In this document: piece after piece, positions 8,693 through 18,168 of the stretch
How positions within the stretch are numbered: the first letter of the stretch is position 1
Layout: every line of letters starts with the position of its first letter
DNA from: Candidatus Omnitrophota bacterium
GTDB lineage: Bacteria > Omnitrophota > Gorgyraeia > Zapsychrales > Zapsychraceae
Assembly: GCA_050250375.1 (NCBI GenBank)
Contig: JBFWOS010000002.1
Span: forward strand, 773,149 to 837,148
DNA: 64,000 nt
Direction of reading: 5' to 3'
Notes under the pieces: model-generated
Seen by the model: only the letters and a program-made list of their open reading frames with translations
What the model was told of the DNA's origin: nothing
Databases searched by the model: none
Translations under genes and position numbers: made by a program

Positions 8693-9504
8693 GCTGTTTT
8701 TTCCTTTCCCTTTGAGAGTGTTTCTGAAATCTGTTTTAAGAAGGAACCCATTTCATTCTGCGCTTTCAGGTAATATTGGGCCGCTGAACCTTCGGGATCG
8801 CCGATCTTGACCGTCAGGCCCAGATTGCCGATCGCCCGGAAGGCGTCTTCATCCGTCACGTCATCGCCGGCATACATAATGAGCATCTTTTCTTTATTCA
8901 CTTTTTTCTGCCATTTGGCGCTCAGCCATAAAACCGCGTCGCCTTTGTTCCATTGCACCGGTGGACGCACCTCGATCACTTTTTTCCCTTCCAGGACATT
9001 AATCCTTTGGCTGTTCAAATAACTCCGGCAGACGTCCATGAATATCTTTTTGGCCAGGACCGCTTCCGTGTAGTCGCTCAAACGGTAATGGACTGTAAGG
9101 ACCATTTTTTTATCTTCGACCAATATGCCTTTGAGAGCCGCCAGTTGTTCGGTCAGGAGAGCTTTGATGTCCGATAAATCCTCCATATAGTCGCCGGAAA
9201 CAAGTTGCCGTGTGTCCATTTCCGGATCGTCCATTTCAAGGCCGTGCGTTCCGACGTACGTGATGCCCGGAATATCGATTTTTTGTTTCAAATCAGCCAG
9301 CATCCGCCCGCTGACAGCGGTCAGATGACAGCCTGGGGATTTGGATAAAGTGATTAAGCTTTTCCTCACCGCTTGCGGCATGACGGCTGTTTCCGGTGTT
9401 TCGGCAATCGGCGCCAGGGTGCCGTCATAATCCAGAAAAAGGAATAACTGTTTATTGAGCAATTCCTTCTCAAATTTCTTCCATTCATCAAAAAAATATT
9501 TCAT
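8689..9504 (-). CDS. otsB: Trehalose-6-phosphate phosphatase (HAD)
   Basis: FLDYDGTLAPI, VSGR, GTHGLE, EVRP...KG, GDDVTDEDAF. Confidence 0.95.
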   Translation of the reverse strand: MKYFFDEWKKFEKELLNKQLFLFLDYDGTLAPIAETPETAVMPQAVRKSLITLSKSPGCHLTAVSGRMLADLKQKIDIPGITYVGTHGLEMDDPEMDTRQLVSGDYMEDLSDIKALLTEQLAALKGILVEDKKMVLTVHYRLSDYTEAVLAKKIFMDVCRSYLNSQRINVLEGKKVIEVRPPVQWNKGDAVLWLSAKWQKKVNKEKMLIMYAGDDVTDEDAFRAIGNLGLTVKIGDPEGSAAQYYLKAQNEMGSFLKQISETLSKGKEKTA

Positions 9505-9537
9505 GAGTACCTTAAAGAATAGCCGGCCGCGGCAATC

Positions 9538-11766
9538 TTATTCCTTTTTTAATGAAGACAATTCATTGATAATACTTCCGGCCCAGCGATACACGTTATT
9601 TTCCTTAATGCCTTCAAGCATCCGGTGCATGCGCTGCTGTTTTTCTTCGACCGGCATTTCAATGGCCAGGTTAATCGCGTCAGCGAATTCTTCGGTCGAA
9701 TACGGGTTGACGGAAATAGCGTCGGTTAATTCCCGAGAAGCGCCGGTAAAACAGCTGAGGATCAAGACCCCGTTTAAATCGGGTTTCGCCGTGACGAATT
9801 CTTTAGCCACCAGGTTCATACCGTCATGCAGGGAACTGACCACACAGACGTCAGCTAAGGCGTAAAACGGAAAAACCTCATCAATCGAAAAATAACGCTT
9901 TAAATAAATGATCGGATTCATCGCCCCGTTAGAGTGTTTCCAGTTAATCTTTTCAACCAGTTGATCAATCTGTCCGATCAGATCGTGATAATGTTTGATC
10001 AGCGTGCGGCTGGGCGCGCCCAACTGGATAAAAACAAATTTGTCTTTGTGCTGCGGATATTTTTCCAGAAACCGGTCAATGGCGTGCATACGTTCAATGA
10101 TCCCTTTGGTGTAATCAATCCGTTCAACCCCTAAAAAGATGATCTTGTCTTCCAGGTCATAATCTTTTTTTAATTGGGCGATCACTTCCGGAGTATTTTG
10201 GAATTTGGAAGGCATGAGCGGATCCACGCTGATCGGCAAGGCCCGGACAAAGGTCTCGTGGTTCGCCCGCACAACGCTGAATTTTTCTGAATCCACCCGT
10301 GATTCCAGGACACGGTTCGCTGTTTCCAGGAAATTATTGCAATGGAACTGGACGTGAAAACCGATCAGATCGCAGTTCAGCATCCCGTCCAGGATTTCTT
10401 TCTGGTAAGGACAGATCGAGAAAACTTCCGGGTTCGGCCAGGGGATATGCCAGAAAATCGCGATCATTGCATCAGGTCTTTTTTCTTTTATATATTTCGC
10501 CAAGAGGGTGAAATGATAATCCTGGATAAAAACGTAGGGTTTTTCCCTGGGCAATTCTTCCAGGATCGAATCGGCAAATTTTTTATTTACCTTTTTATAC
10601 ATCTGCCAGTCGGATTCCCGAAAGACCGGCCGGGTGTGGGTGATGTGGCATAAGGGCCACAATCCCTCATTTGAAAAACCGTAATAATATCCCTCCTCTT
10701 CCTCTTTGGATAACCAGACGCGTTTTAAAATGTACCGATTATCTTCCGGCGGAACACCTAACTTGTCCTTGGAGTTGACAAATTTTTTATCCGCATTTCC
10801 TGAACCCTGGGCGACCCAGGTTCCCCCGCACGCGCGCAGGATCGGGTCGAGCGCAGAGACAACACCGCTGGCCGGGCGGATGCATTGGATCTCCCCGCCC
10901 ACTTTGTCAACCACGTGCATATAAGGTTCACGGTTGGAGACGATGACCAGCGCGTTTTCGCCCATTTTGGCCTGGACAAGGTTGCTGAGTTTATCCTCGG
11001 TCCAGGCGTCTTCTTTTTGAAGGCGGGTCTGGGCTTCACGGGTTACCGTTTTTCGGGCGACGCGTAATTTTAAGGCCACCTGCTCGACTTCGCTGGCGAG
11101 TTTTCCCAACGCATCCCCGGCCACAAACGGCTGGAGTTTATCCGTCTCACCTTTCTGGAAACGATGGAACCAGACGGTCATTCGCTGGATCGGAAGAAAA
11201 AATGTCTGCCGGAGGATAACGGAAACAACAAGTATGATCAGGACCGTAAATATAATCAGACTGATGCAGATCCTTTTCCAAATCTCCATCAGCCGGGCAA
11301 ACACAAAGGATGTGTCGTTGATAATTTCAACGGCCCCCAGAATTTTGTGTCCATCGGTAATAGGCAGGATATAACTGTATAGTTTGAATTCAGCGAATTG
11401 TTTTAATGTTCCGCGGGACGTGTTGGACAGCAAAATTTCCCTGATGTAGGGAGTTTCGTTCTGGCGCCAATCAGCCAGCCATTGTGTGACCGCAAAGACT
11501 TCGCCTTCACTATTATAAATAATACATCCCTGCCGGCGTTCGCGATTCTGGAATTTCTCAACGAGATAGCGGGCGTCTGTATCATTGCGTGTCAGAAGGA
11601 TATTTTTGACGGATAGTTCCATTCCCTCCGCAACGGCCCTGGACTTCCGGTTTAGATCATCCAGCAACCGCTCTTCTTCGAACCTGACCTGGAAGAATCC
11701 GTAAGCGGAAAAAACAACCGTTGTGACAACTAAGATGGGGAAAATGAATAAAAAGAATTTTTTCAT
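9538..11766 (-). CDS. otsA: Trehalose-6-phosphate synthase (GT20) fused to an N-terminal TM-sensor-TM-HAMP-like module
   Basis: VSNREPY, GFSNEGLWPLCH, QDYH, FWHIPWP, GVERIDYTKG, DGMNLVAKEF. The extra ~260 N-terminal residues carry two TM helices. Confidence 0.92.
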   Translation of the reverse strand: MKKFFLFIFPILVVTTVVFSAYGFFQVRFEEERLLDDLNRKSRAVAEGMELSVKNILLTRNDTDARYLVEKFQNRERRQGCIIYNSEGEVFAVTQWLADWRQNETPYIREILLSNTSRGTLKQFAEFKLYSYILPITDGHKILGAVEIINDTSFVFARLMEIWKRICISLIIFTVLIILVVSVILRQTFFLPIQRMTVWFHRFQKGETDKLQPFVAGDALGKLASEVEQVALKLRVARKTVTREAQTRLQKEDAWTEDKLSNLVQAKMGENALVIVSNREPYMHVVDKVGGEIQCIRPASGVVSALDPILRACGGTWVAQGSGNADKKFVNSKDKLGVPPEDNRYILKRVWLSKEEEEGYYYGFSNEGLWPLCHITHTRPVFRESDWQMYKKVNKKFADSILEELPREKPYVFIQDYHFTLLAKYIKEKRPDAMIAIFWHIPWPNPEVFSICPYQKEILDGMLNCDLIGFHVQFHCNNFLETANRVLESRVDSEKFSVVRANHETFVRALPISVDPLMPSKFQNTPEVIAQLKKDYDLEDKIIFLGVERIDYTKGIIERMHAIDRFLEKYPQHKDKFVFIQLGAPSRTLIKHYHDLIGQIDQLVEKINWKHSNGAMNPIIYLKRYFSIDEVFPFYALADVCVVSSLHDGMNLVAKEFVTAKPDLNGVLILSCFTGASRELTDAISVNPYSTEEFADAINLAIEMPVEEKQQRMHRMLEGIKENNVYRWAGSIINELSSLKKE

Positions 11767-11876
11767 TTTGACTGCACTTTTTTTTGTTTTGAATATTAAG
11801 TTACGCGAAACTGTCAGCCCGGTTCTTCGGATGCGTATGGAGATTGATTAGACAGGCAGCGCCTTTTTAAAAGGCG

Positions 11877-12470
11877 TCAACCGCAGACAATACTTTTTTT
11901 ATAAAGGCCAAACATCTCTCCTAAACGGTTTTTCCCCAGGGGATACTTATAGTCGCTCAGACTCCAGATCGTGACCAGGGACTGGATCATGCCCAGAAAA
12001 GCGATGCTCGCGCAGTCAAGATTGATGCTGTTTCGTATTCCACCCGTTTTGATGCCTTCCTTCAAGATCAGTTTGATCATTTTTAAATATTTTGTCAGGA
12101 CCGCAAACATTTTTTTTTGAAGGATTTTGTCTTTTACACTGAGGGTTTTATTGATGACAATAAAAGACACCCCTTTTCGTTGTTCGGCGTATGAAAGATG
12201 GGACAAAAAAATATCTTCCAGTTTTTGCAAGGGTTCTTTTGAGCAGGATGCCGTTTTGTCGATGGAGGACAACAGGGTTGTTTCGATGTCATCAATCAGG
12301 AGGCTGAGAATTTCCGTTTTGCTTTTGAAATGCCGGTACAGGGCCCCATCGGTGATTTTCAGGTCTTTGGCGATTTCCCTGACGGTCAGATGTTCCATGC
12401 CTTTTTCAATAATAATCCGGCGCGCGCTGTCTACAATGGCCTGCTGCCGGACTGTCTTTTCTTCCCCCAC
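11877..12470 (-). CDS. TetR/AcrR family transcriptional regulator
   Basis: HTH LTVREIAKDLKITDGALYRHFKSK; GGAGG RBS before GTG start. Confidence 0.95.
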   Translation of the reverse strand: MGEEKTVRQQAIVDSARRIIIEKGMEHLTVREIAKDLKITDGALYRHFKSKTEILSLLIDDIETTLLSSIDKTASCSKEPLQKLEDIFLSHLSYAEQRKGVSFIVINKTLSVKDKILQKKMFAVLTKYLKMIKLILKEGIKTGGIRNSINLDCASIAFLGMIQSLVTIWSLSDYKYPLGKNRLGEMFGLYKKSIVCG

Positions 12471-12496
12471 AACTCAAACCTCCATAAAGATTAAAA

Positions 12497-12546
12497 AGTA
12501 AGCAATTGCTTACTAACGATTATAAGGGGGATGCCGGATTTGTCAA
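12497..12546 (-). promoter_or_regulatory. Sigma70 promoter with TetR-type operator palindrome
   Basis: TTGACA(12546-12541)-N16-TATAAT(12524-12519), followed by the perfect 18-bp palindrome AGTAAGCAATTGCTTACT (12497-12514). Confidence 0.85.
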
Positions 12547-12614
12547 ACCTTTTTAACGTTTGCCGGAAATGAATTTATGGAATTCGTCAGTACAGCGGGG
12601 AAATCGGGCCCAGT

Positions 12615-14393
12615 TTACGTCACAAGGAAAATGACTTTATGCCCTTTTTTAACGTGCAGTTTTTCGTCCATGGTATAAATCTTGAGTTCCTTTTTTTCGC
12701 TAATGGTAAAAAGAACGATGGCATCCTTTCCGTATTTAGCAAAAAACGTGCTTTCATTGAGGTCTTCCGGCGCGGTGATGGTCCTGAGCACATCGCTGCG
12801 GTTGAAACGTTCAGCCAGCTTATCGTAACTGGACTCTTTGTTAAAAAGATATCGTCCTCTTAATGACGGCGGAATGATGAGCGCCTGTGTCTGATTTTTT
12901 TGTCCTGGGAAAAGCTGGTACACTTCCGACCGCCCGAAGATGTCCCGAAAATGAAGGACGGCCAGTGAATTCGCTTCGTCATTGGCCGTCAGGGTGATCA
13001 GCCGGCCGATCCCGTCAAAGTCAATCGTCTCTTCGATATCCTGGTTCAATATATTGTCTTCATAACCCTGCAGGCCTTCCTCATGAACCAGGGCGACATT
13101 GATGGCATTGGTATCAATTAAGACGACCTTGATCCCTTCGTCATTTAAATATTTGGCGATGAGACGGGCCCACCGGTGAGCGCCGAGAATAAGAACCCCT
13201 TGAGGATTGTCGCGCGCCAGTCCCAGTTTTTTCGCCACCCAGGAAGAGGTCATCCCGTAGATGACAACGGTGGCAATAATGACCAGGAATGTGATCGGTA
13301 CAAGTTGTTCGGCCTGTTCAACGCCTTTCAGGGACAACTCAAACGCGAAGATGGAAACGATGGCGGCGGCCACGATCCCTCTGGGGGCCATCCAGGAAAT
13401 AAACAATTTCTCACGAAACGTAAGTTCGCTGCGGGCCATTGAAATGAATACCGACAGCGGCCGGGCGATAAAAACCAGGACAAACAGGAAGACAAAAAAT
13501 TCCCAATTAAGGATATTGAGTTCATTTAAATTTAACCGCGCTGCCAGGATAATAAACAGCGTTGAAATGATCAGGATACCCAGATTCTCCTTAAAACTGA
13601 CGATATGCTGAACTTCCACCTTGCGCTGATTTCCTAAAACGATCCCCATGCTGATGACGGCAAACAGGCCGCTTTCATGATGGAAGAGATTCGAAAGGAT
13701 AAAAACAGTCACGACCAGCATCAGGGTCACCGTGCCGTGCAGATAATCCGGGATCCAGTATTTGCGTAATAACAGCAGCAAAAACCAGGCCCCGACCGCT
13801 CCGGTCACTGATCCGATGAGAATACTTTTCAGGAAAAACAAAAGCGCGTTAATGCTTAACGCCTGGCCGAGAATGATGTACTCGAATACAAGCACTGCCA
13901 GGGCGGCGCCGATGGGATCAATCACGATCCCTTCCCATTTGAGGATGCTGCCGGCTTTGCCCGACGGACGGACATGCCTTAAGAGTGGAATGATGACTGT
14001 TGGCCCGGTGACCACCAGGATCGCGCCCAGGAGAAAAGAAATATTAAAATTCAGGCCCAGGATGTAACGTGCGGACAGCGTGATGATAATCCAGTTCACA
14101 AAGGCGCCGATGCTGACCAGGTTAAACACTTCTTTCCCGATTTTCTTTAACTCATACAAACGCAGCCCCAGGCCGCCTTCAAATAATATAATAGCAACGG
14201 AAATGGACACCAGAGGAAGCAATAACGGCCCCAGGACTTCATCCGGCCGGATGAGTTGTGTCACGGGTCCTACCAGAAAACCCAATCCCAGCAGGAGAAC
14301 AATCGAAGGCCATTTGAATCGCCAGGCCAGCCATTGGGCGCCAATCCCGACCACAAAAATACTGGCAATTCCTATAAGTAAATATTGATCCAT
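12615..14393 (-). CDS. Cation:proton antiporter (CPA1, NhaP-like) with C-terminal TrkA-N/RCK-like domain
   Basis: ILFEGGL, VTGPTVI.PLLR, WEGIVIDPIGA, APRGIVAAA; cytoplasmic GVLILGA...DEANSLA. Confidence 0.92.
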   Translation of the reverse strand: MDQYLLIGIASIFVVGIGAQWLAWRFKWPSIVLLLGLGFLVGPVTQLIRPDEVLGPLLLPLVSISVAIILFEGGLGLRLYELKKIGKEVFNLVSIGAFVNWIIITLSARYILGLNFNISFLLGAILVVTGPTVIIPLLRHVRPSGKAGSILKWEGIVIDPIGAALAVLVFEYIILGQALSINALLFFLKSILIGSVTGAVGAWFLLLLLRKYWIPDYLHGTVTLMLVVTVFILSNLFHHESGLFAVISMGIVLGNQRKVEVQHIVSFKENLGILIISTLFIILAARLNLNELNILNWEFFVFLFVLVFIARPLSVFISMARSELTFREKLFISWMAPRGIVAAAIVSIFAFELSLKGVEQAEQLVPITFLVIIATVVIYGMTSSWVAKKLGLARDNPQGVLILGAHRWARLIAKYLNDEGIKVVLIDTNAINVALVHEEGLQGYEDNILNQDIEETIDFDGIGRLITLTANDEANSLAVLHFRDIFGRSEVYQLFPGQKNQTQALIIPPSLRGRYLFNKESSYDKLAERFNRSDVLRTITAPEDLNESTFFAKYGKDAIVLFTISEKKELKIYTMDEKLHVKKGHKVIFLVT

Positions 14394-14478
14394 ACCAAAA
14401 GTCCGGTTAATTGATAGTTTAACGTCAATTATTTCAAGAAGTTTTGAAAATTTAAGGGTTTCTTAAATATTCGAATGG

Positions 14479-14507
14479 ATTATACATTTATTGCAGACAT
14501 AAAGCAA
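14479..14507 (-). promoter_or_regulatory. Sigma70 promoter of the CPA1 antiporter gene
   Basis: TTGCTT-N17-TATAAT on the minus strand. Confidence 0.6.
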
Positions 14508-14623
14508 GAATCGTGTGGTTTTCTGTGCGCATGGTCCTGAAACAAAAAGTTTAAAATACACGGCTGGAAGGCAGCATATATATAGAGAAGGTCAGGAACC
14601 CAGCCGTCGAAATAGTCCCGGTA

Positions 14624-14977
14624 TTAAGAGTTAAACAGTGATTCCTGGAATTTGGCGTTTTCGTAACTTTTGTCGTAGTTGGCCGCCAACGGAGATACCT
14701 GCCGGATATCCTGGGTACGGAAAAAAGACGACCCTTCCAGGCCGACCAGATCCAGGTTATGTCCGTAAATATAGAATTTCAGGTAGGTTTTATTGGTCAG
14801 TTCCTCTTCTTCTTCACAGATCCAGTGGACCTTTTCCAGCTTAAAAAAATAACCTGTGTAGGTATTTTCCAGGATTTGTTCAAAAACCGTCTGACTGATT
14901 TGCCCGCGGATAGCGGACAGTTCATCTTTATTTTTTTCAAGGGCGATTTCCACCCATTGTTTCGCTGAATTTTCCAT
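14624..14977 (-). CDS. Hypothetical protein
   Basis: Start reassigned to MENSAK (GGGGG RBS); no family recognised. Confidence 0.6.
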   Translation of the reverse strand: MENSAKQWVEIALEKNKDELSAIRGQISQTVFEQILENTYTGYFFKLEKVHWICEEEEELTNKTYLKFYIYGHNLDLVGLEGSSFFRTQDIRQVSPLAANYDKSYENAKFQESLFNS

Positions 14978-15085
14978 TTTAATACCCCCGTTTAATTCCA
15001 GGGCCACAGGCCCTGAGATTCCTTTAATGAGCGTGTATTATAAATGATTTGCCGGAAGGATGCAAGCGGCGGTTCGGATCCAGAT

Positions 15086-15613
15086 TTATTTTTCCAGGAC
15101 GATTTTCAACGTGTTTAATCCTTCTTCAAAATCTGAACCGAGCTTTTCCTGCATCTTCATCAGCGCGCAAATGATATTTCCGGGGAACGGTGTCTTGCCG
15201 GTCATGCCCCAGATGACTTTCGTCTGGTTGTTTCCGGTCGATTCAGTGATCAAATAAGCCCGGCTGGTATCTTCCATCGGTTCTTTGAAGCGCAACTCGG
15301 TTTCAATCTTTTCCCCTTCCGCGATGAAGGTGATTTCCTGTTCCCCGATGCCGACCTCCTTATTGCCTGACCAGGCGGAAACAAAGCCGACAGTCCCGTC
15401 TTTTCCGCGGAATTCTTTGCGCATATTCGGGTCTTTCTTTTCCCACGGGCTCCACTGGTTGTGATTTTTAAACATTTTTAACTGATCAAACACAAAATCT
15501 TTGGGTTTGTTGATGACAATCTCCCGTTCTACCCGAAAATCCTGTGGGAGTATGTTCCCGATGACGAGAATGGCACCGATTAAAACCGTTAGAATCAGCA
15601 GTATCTTTTTCAT
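15086..15613 (-). CDS. SRPBCC/polyketide cyclase family protein
   Basis: N-terminal TM; FRVEREIVINKP...WSPWEKKDP...GDFEEGLNTLK-like C-terminus. Confidence 0.9.
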   Translation of the reverse strand: MKKILLILTVLIGAILVIGNILPQDFRVEREIVINKPKDFVFDQLKMFKNHNQWSPWEKKDPNMRKEFRGKDGTVGFVSAWSGNKEVGIGEQEITFIAEGEKIETELRFKEPMEDTSRAYLITESTGNNQTKVIWGMTGKTPFPGNIICALMKMQEKLGSDFEEGLNTLKIVLEK

Positions 15614-15629
15614 GAATTGTTTTCCTTTT

Positions 15630-16148
15630 TTAAGTCTTTTTTAATCCAGTGGACTGCAGCATCAACCCTACGGCAAACAGTCCTGTAAACAGGATAATTT
15701 CTGTTTCAGGGTTAAGCATAAATGAACGCACGATCATTCCGGCCCCCAATAAGGATGATAGAATGACAAGCGTCCAGTCAAAGAATAAGCCTCCGGCCGC
15801 TGCGCCGATGCACGCGCCCAGCAGGCTCCAGAGAACCCATCCCGAGGTCCAGTCCAGAACCCGTGTAAAGACGTCAATGGCGATAAGCCCGCCGGTTAAA
15901 AATCCGGCGACAACAACGGCCAACCGCTGCATGACAACCGCAAAGAATACGCCGGTCAATCCTGCCAGGGCTCCCCAGAAAACCAGGAGCAGCGGATCGG
16001 AACCGGCCAGCATGGACGCCGCGAGATTGTATCCGGACAAAAAACCCGCGACACCAACGAACAGCCAGAACAAATTCCGTCCGGATATGATCAGGAGACC
16101 CCCGACTACGATCGAAATCAGGGTAGATTCAAACATCGTATTGATCAT
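15630..16148 (-). CDS. DUF4203-like membrane protein
   Basis: G.LL..SGRNLFWLFVG.AGF.SG...ILSSLLGA..I pattern; start reassigned downstream of the ORF-track start. Confidence 0.75.
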   Translation of the reverse strand: MINTMFESTLISIVVGGLLIISGRNLFWLFVGVAGFLSGYNLAASMLAGSDPLLLVFWGALAGLTGVFFAVVMQRLAVVVAGFLTGGLIAIDVFTRVLDWTSGWVLWSLLGACIGAAAGGLFFDWTLVILSSLLGAGMIVRSFMLNPETEIILFTGLFAVGLMLQSTGLKKT

Positions 16149-16318
16149 CGCTCTACCGCCCGTTTTGAAGATTCGCCGAACATTAGGGCTATTATAATTC
16201 GTAATTCGGGAAAATTCACCACCTTTATTTATTTGCTTGAGTCCGTAAACGACAGCGGGTAAAATAAAATCCGTTCGAGTGTTCGGGCCTTCCTTAATCC
16301 TTTTGAAAGGACAAGACC

Positions 16319-17176
16319 ATGATAAAAAGATTAATCTCCGTTCCATTTGTGTTTCTTTTTTTCAACGCCCCGTTTGTATCCGCGCAGGAATTGACCATGA
16401 AAACCCTGGTGGTCTCACAAACTCCTTTTATCGTTGAAGAAAAATTTTTTGAAAACGGCGAACAGGCCGCCAGCCTCAAAATTAAACTCAGCTCGGACGC
16501 GGGCGGCCAGAAAATCCCGGTCAGGGATATCATCGAATCCAACGGCACTATCCCGGACGGTGTCTTTAAAGAATATGACGCGGACGGTCAGCTGCAATTC
16601 GCTAAGGCGTATCTGAATGGGTTAAAAGACGGTCCTTCCATAGAATATTACAATGACGGGATCATTAAACGCGAAGTGAATTATGTGGCTGAGAAAAAAC
16701 AGGGCGAAATGAGAGAATATTACCCGGACGGCAGCCTGGAGGCGGTGAGGCAATATGTGGATAATGAACACGAAGGCGTTGTTTTCAAATATTCACCCGA
16801 CGGACTTCTGGAAAGCGAGCTGACCTATGAACGCGGGGCAACCGCCTGGTGGAAAACCAAGACCTATGAGTATCATTCGAACGGCACGATTAAAACCGAA
16901 TATTTATACGACGAACAGGCCCGGGAAGGTTACCGTAAAAATTTTCATGAGAACGGGGCCTTATGGAAAAGTTTTGATCTTAAAGGCAGCCAGTTGTGGA
17001 ATTACCAGGAATACGATGACCAGGGCGGGCTGATTTCCCGCCAGGAAGGCCCCTTCAACGGCAAGATCCCGACGTATTATGTGTCCGGGCAGGTTATGCA
17101 GGATGATATTTATGTGGACGGCGTCATTACCGGTTTTAAGATGTATGACCTAGAAGGGAACGTCATCCTGGAATAA
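16319..17176 (+). CDS. Secreted MORN-variant repeat protein (YwqK-like)
   Basis: Signal peptide; repeats such as DG..KEYDADGQL, GEMREYYPDGSL, YHSNGTIK; only plus-strand gene called. Confidence 0.88.
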   Translation: MIKRLISVPFVFLFFNAPFVSAQELTMKTLVVSQTPFIVEEKFFENGEQAASLKIKLSSDAGGQKIPVRDIIESNGTIPDGVFKEYDADGQLQFAKAYLNGLKDGPSIEYYNDGIIKREVNYVAEKKQGEMREYYPDGSLEAVRQYVDNEHEGVVFKYSPDGLLESELTYERGATAWWKTKTYEYHSNGTIKTEYLYDEQAREGYRKNFHENGALWKSFDLKGSQLWNYQEYDDQGGLISRQEGPFNGKIPTYYVSGQVMQDDIYVDGVITGFKMYDLEGNVILE

Positions 17177-17196
17177 CAAAATGACCGGCCTTCTTT

Positions 17197-17853
17197 TCAG
17201 TTCTTTTTTTGCATAACGGCTTCGAGAAATCCCGTGTAAGTCTCCGGGAATACCGTCCGGTAAAATTTCTGCTCCTGCAGGTTTGTCCGCCAGGCCATAA
17301 GGTTCGGAAAGACCCCCAGGTCAAATCCGGTGCTTTCACAGGGATCCAGGATGGCGAGCAGGTTTAAATCCGCCAGCGTCAATTCATCCCCGCAGATGTA
17401 TGCTCCCTTTTCCAGCTGGGCTTCAATGATTTTAAGAAAATTGCCCAGCAGCTGCCGGCCTTCTCTCAGCAGCGTTTCATTCTTTTCCACCTGCACGAGT
17501 TTATAAACGACCGTGTTGAAAAATACCTTCGACATAGCCATGGCGCTGATGTGGATGGATTCGAAATCCAGCCACTGACTGACCAATGACCTTTTTTTCA
17601 GGTCTGCGGGGTACAACGGTGAATTTATTTTCTCCGCGAGATAACGCATGATCGAATTGCTTTCAAAGATCGTAAAATCACCGTCCACCAGGGCCGGAAT
17701 GCGCCCGACAGGATTAATCTGGAGGAATGGTTCCTGCCGTTGTTCTCCTTTCGACAAATCGACCGCCTGGAATTCATACGCGATGCCCATGGCGTTCGCC
17801 GCAAAACGCACCTTGTTGCTGTTGGGTGAAAAATTATTCCCCAGAAGTTTCAT
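17197..17853 (-). CDS. Glutathione S-transferase family protein
   Basis: SPN..KVR, INPVGRIPALVDGDFTIFESNSIMRYL, LTLADL. Confidence 0.95.
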   Translation of the reverse strand: MKLLGNNFSPNSNKVRFAANAMGIAYEFQAVDLSKGEQRQEPFLQINPVGRIPALVDGDFTIFESNSIMRYLAEKINSPLYPADLKKRSLVSQWLDFESIHISAMAMSKVFFNTVVYKLVQVEKNETLLREGRQLLGNFLKIIEAQLEKGAYICGDELTLADLNLLAILDPCESTGFDLGVFPNLMAWRTNLQEQKFYRTVFPETYTGFLEAVMQKKN

Positions 17854-17865
17854 GGCTTCCTCCCA

Positions 17866-18135
17866 TTATTTATACGGGGTGACGCGCGGGTCACCTTTAA
17901 ACTGCAGGATTGAATATATTTTGGACGGATTGATGCACACGGTCGGGATCAGACTTTTATCCCATTCACTCCACGGTTTGATTTCTTCCTTGTCCCAATA
18001 AAGCAAATCGGTCAGGCAGACATATTCCCCGCGGGACGCCTTGCGGGTGAGCATGTCGAGCGTGTCGTTCGACGCGCCCACGTACGTGTAAATTTTATCA
18101 CTGCCGTCATCGGTTGTAATCTTGAACCAGTTCAT
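17866..18135 (-). CDS. Hypothetical protein
   Basis: 89 aa with AAGGAG RBS; fits the operon spacing. Confidence 0.7.
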   Translation of the reverse strand: MNWFKITTDDGSDKIYTYVGASNDTLDMLTRKASRGEYVCLTDLLYWDKEEIKPWSEWDKSLIPTVCINPSKIYSILQFKGDPRVTPYK

Positions 18136-18168
18136 GTTGAAGTCTCCTTGAATGCTGAACGAAACAAG

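Noticed and set aside
14550-14608. ACGGCTGG...CCAGCCGT inverted repeat upstream of the NhaP promoter, considered as a riboswitch
   Set aside because: It lies upstream of the predicted promoter; more likely a weak terminator of the preceding gene
16319-17176. YwqK-like protein as the antitoxin of a toxin-antitoxin system
   Set aside because: It is a signal-peptide MORN-variant protein with no neighbouring toxin gene
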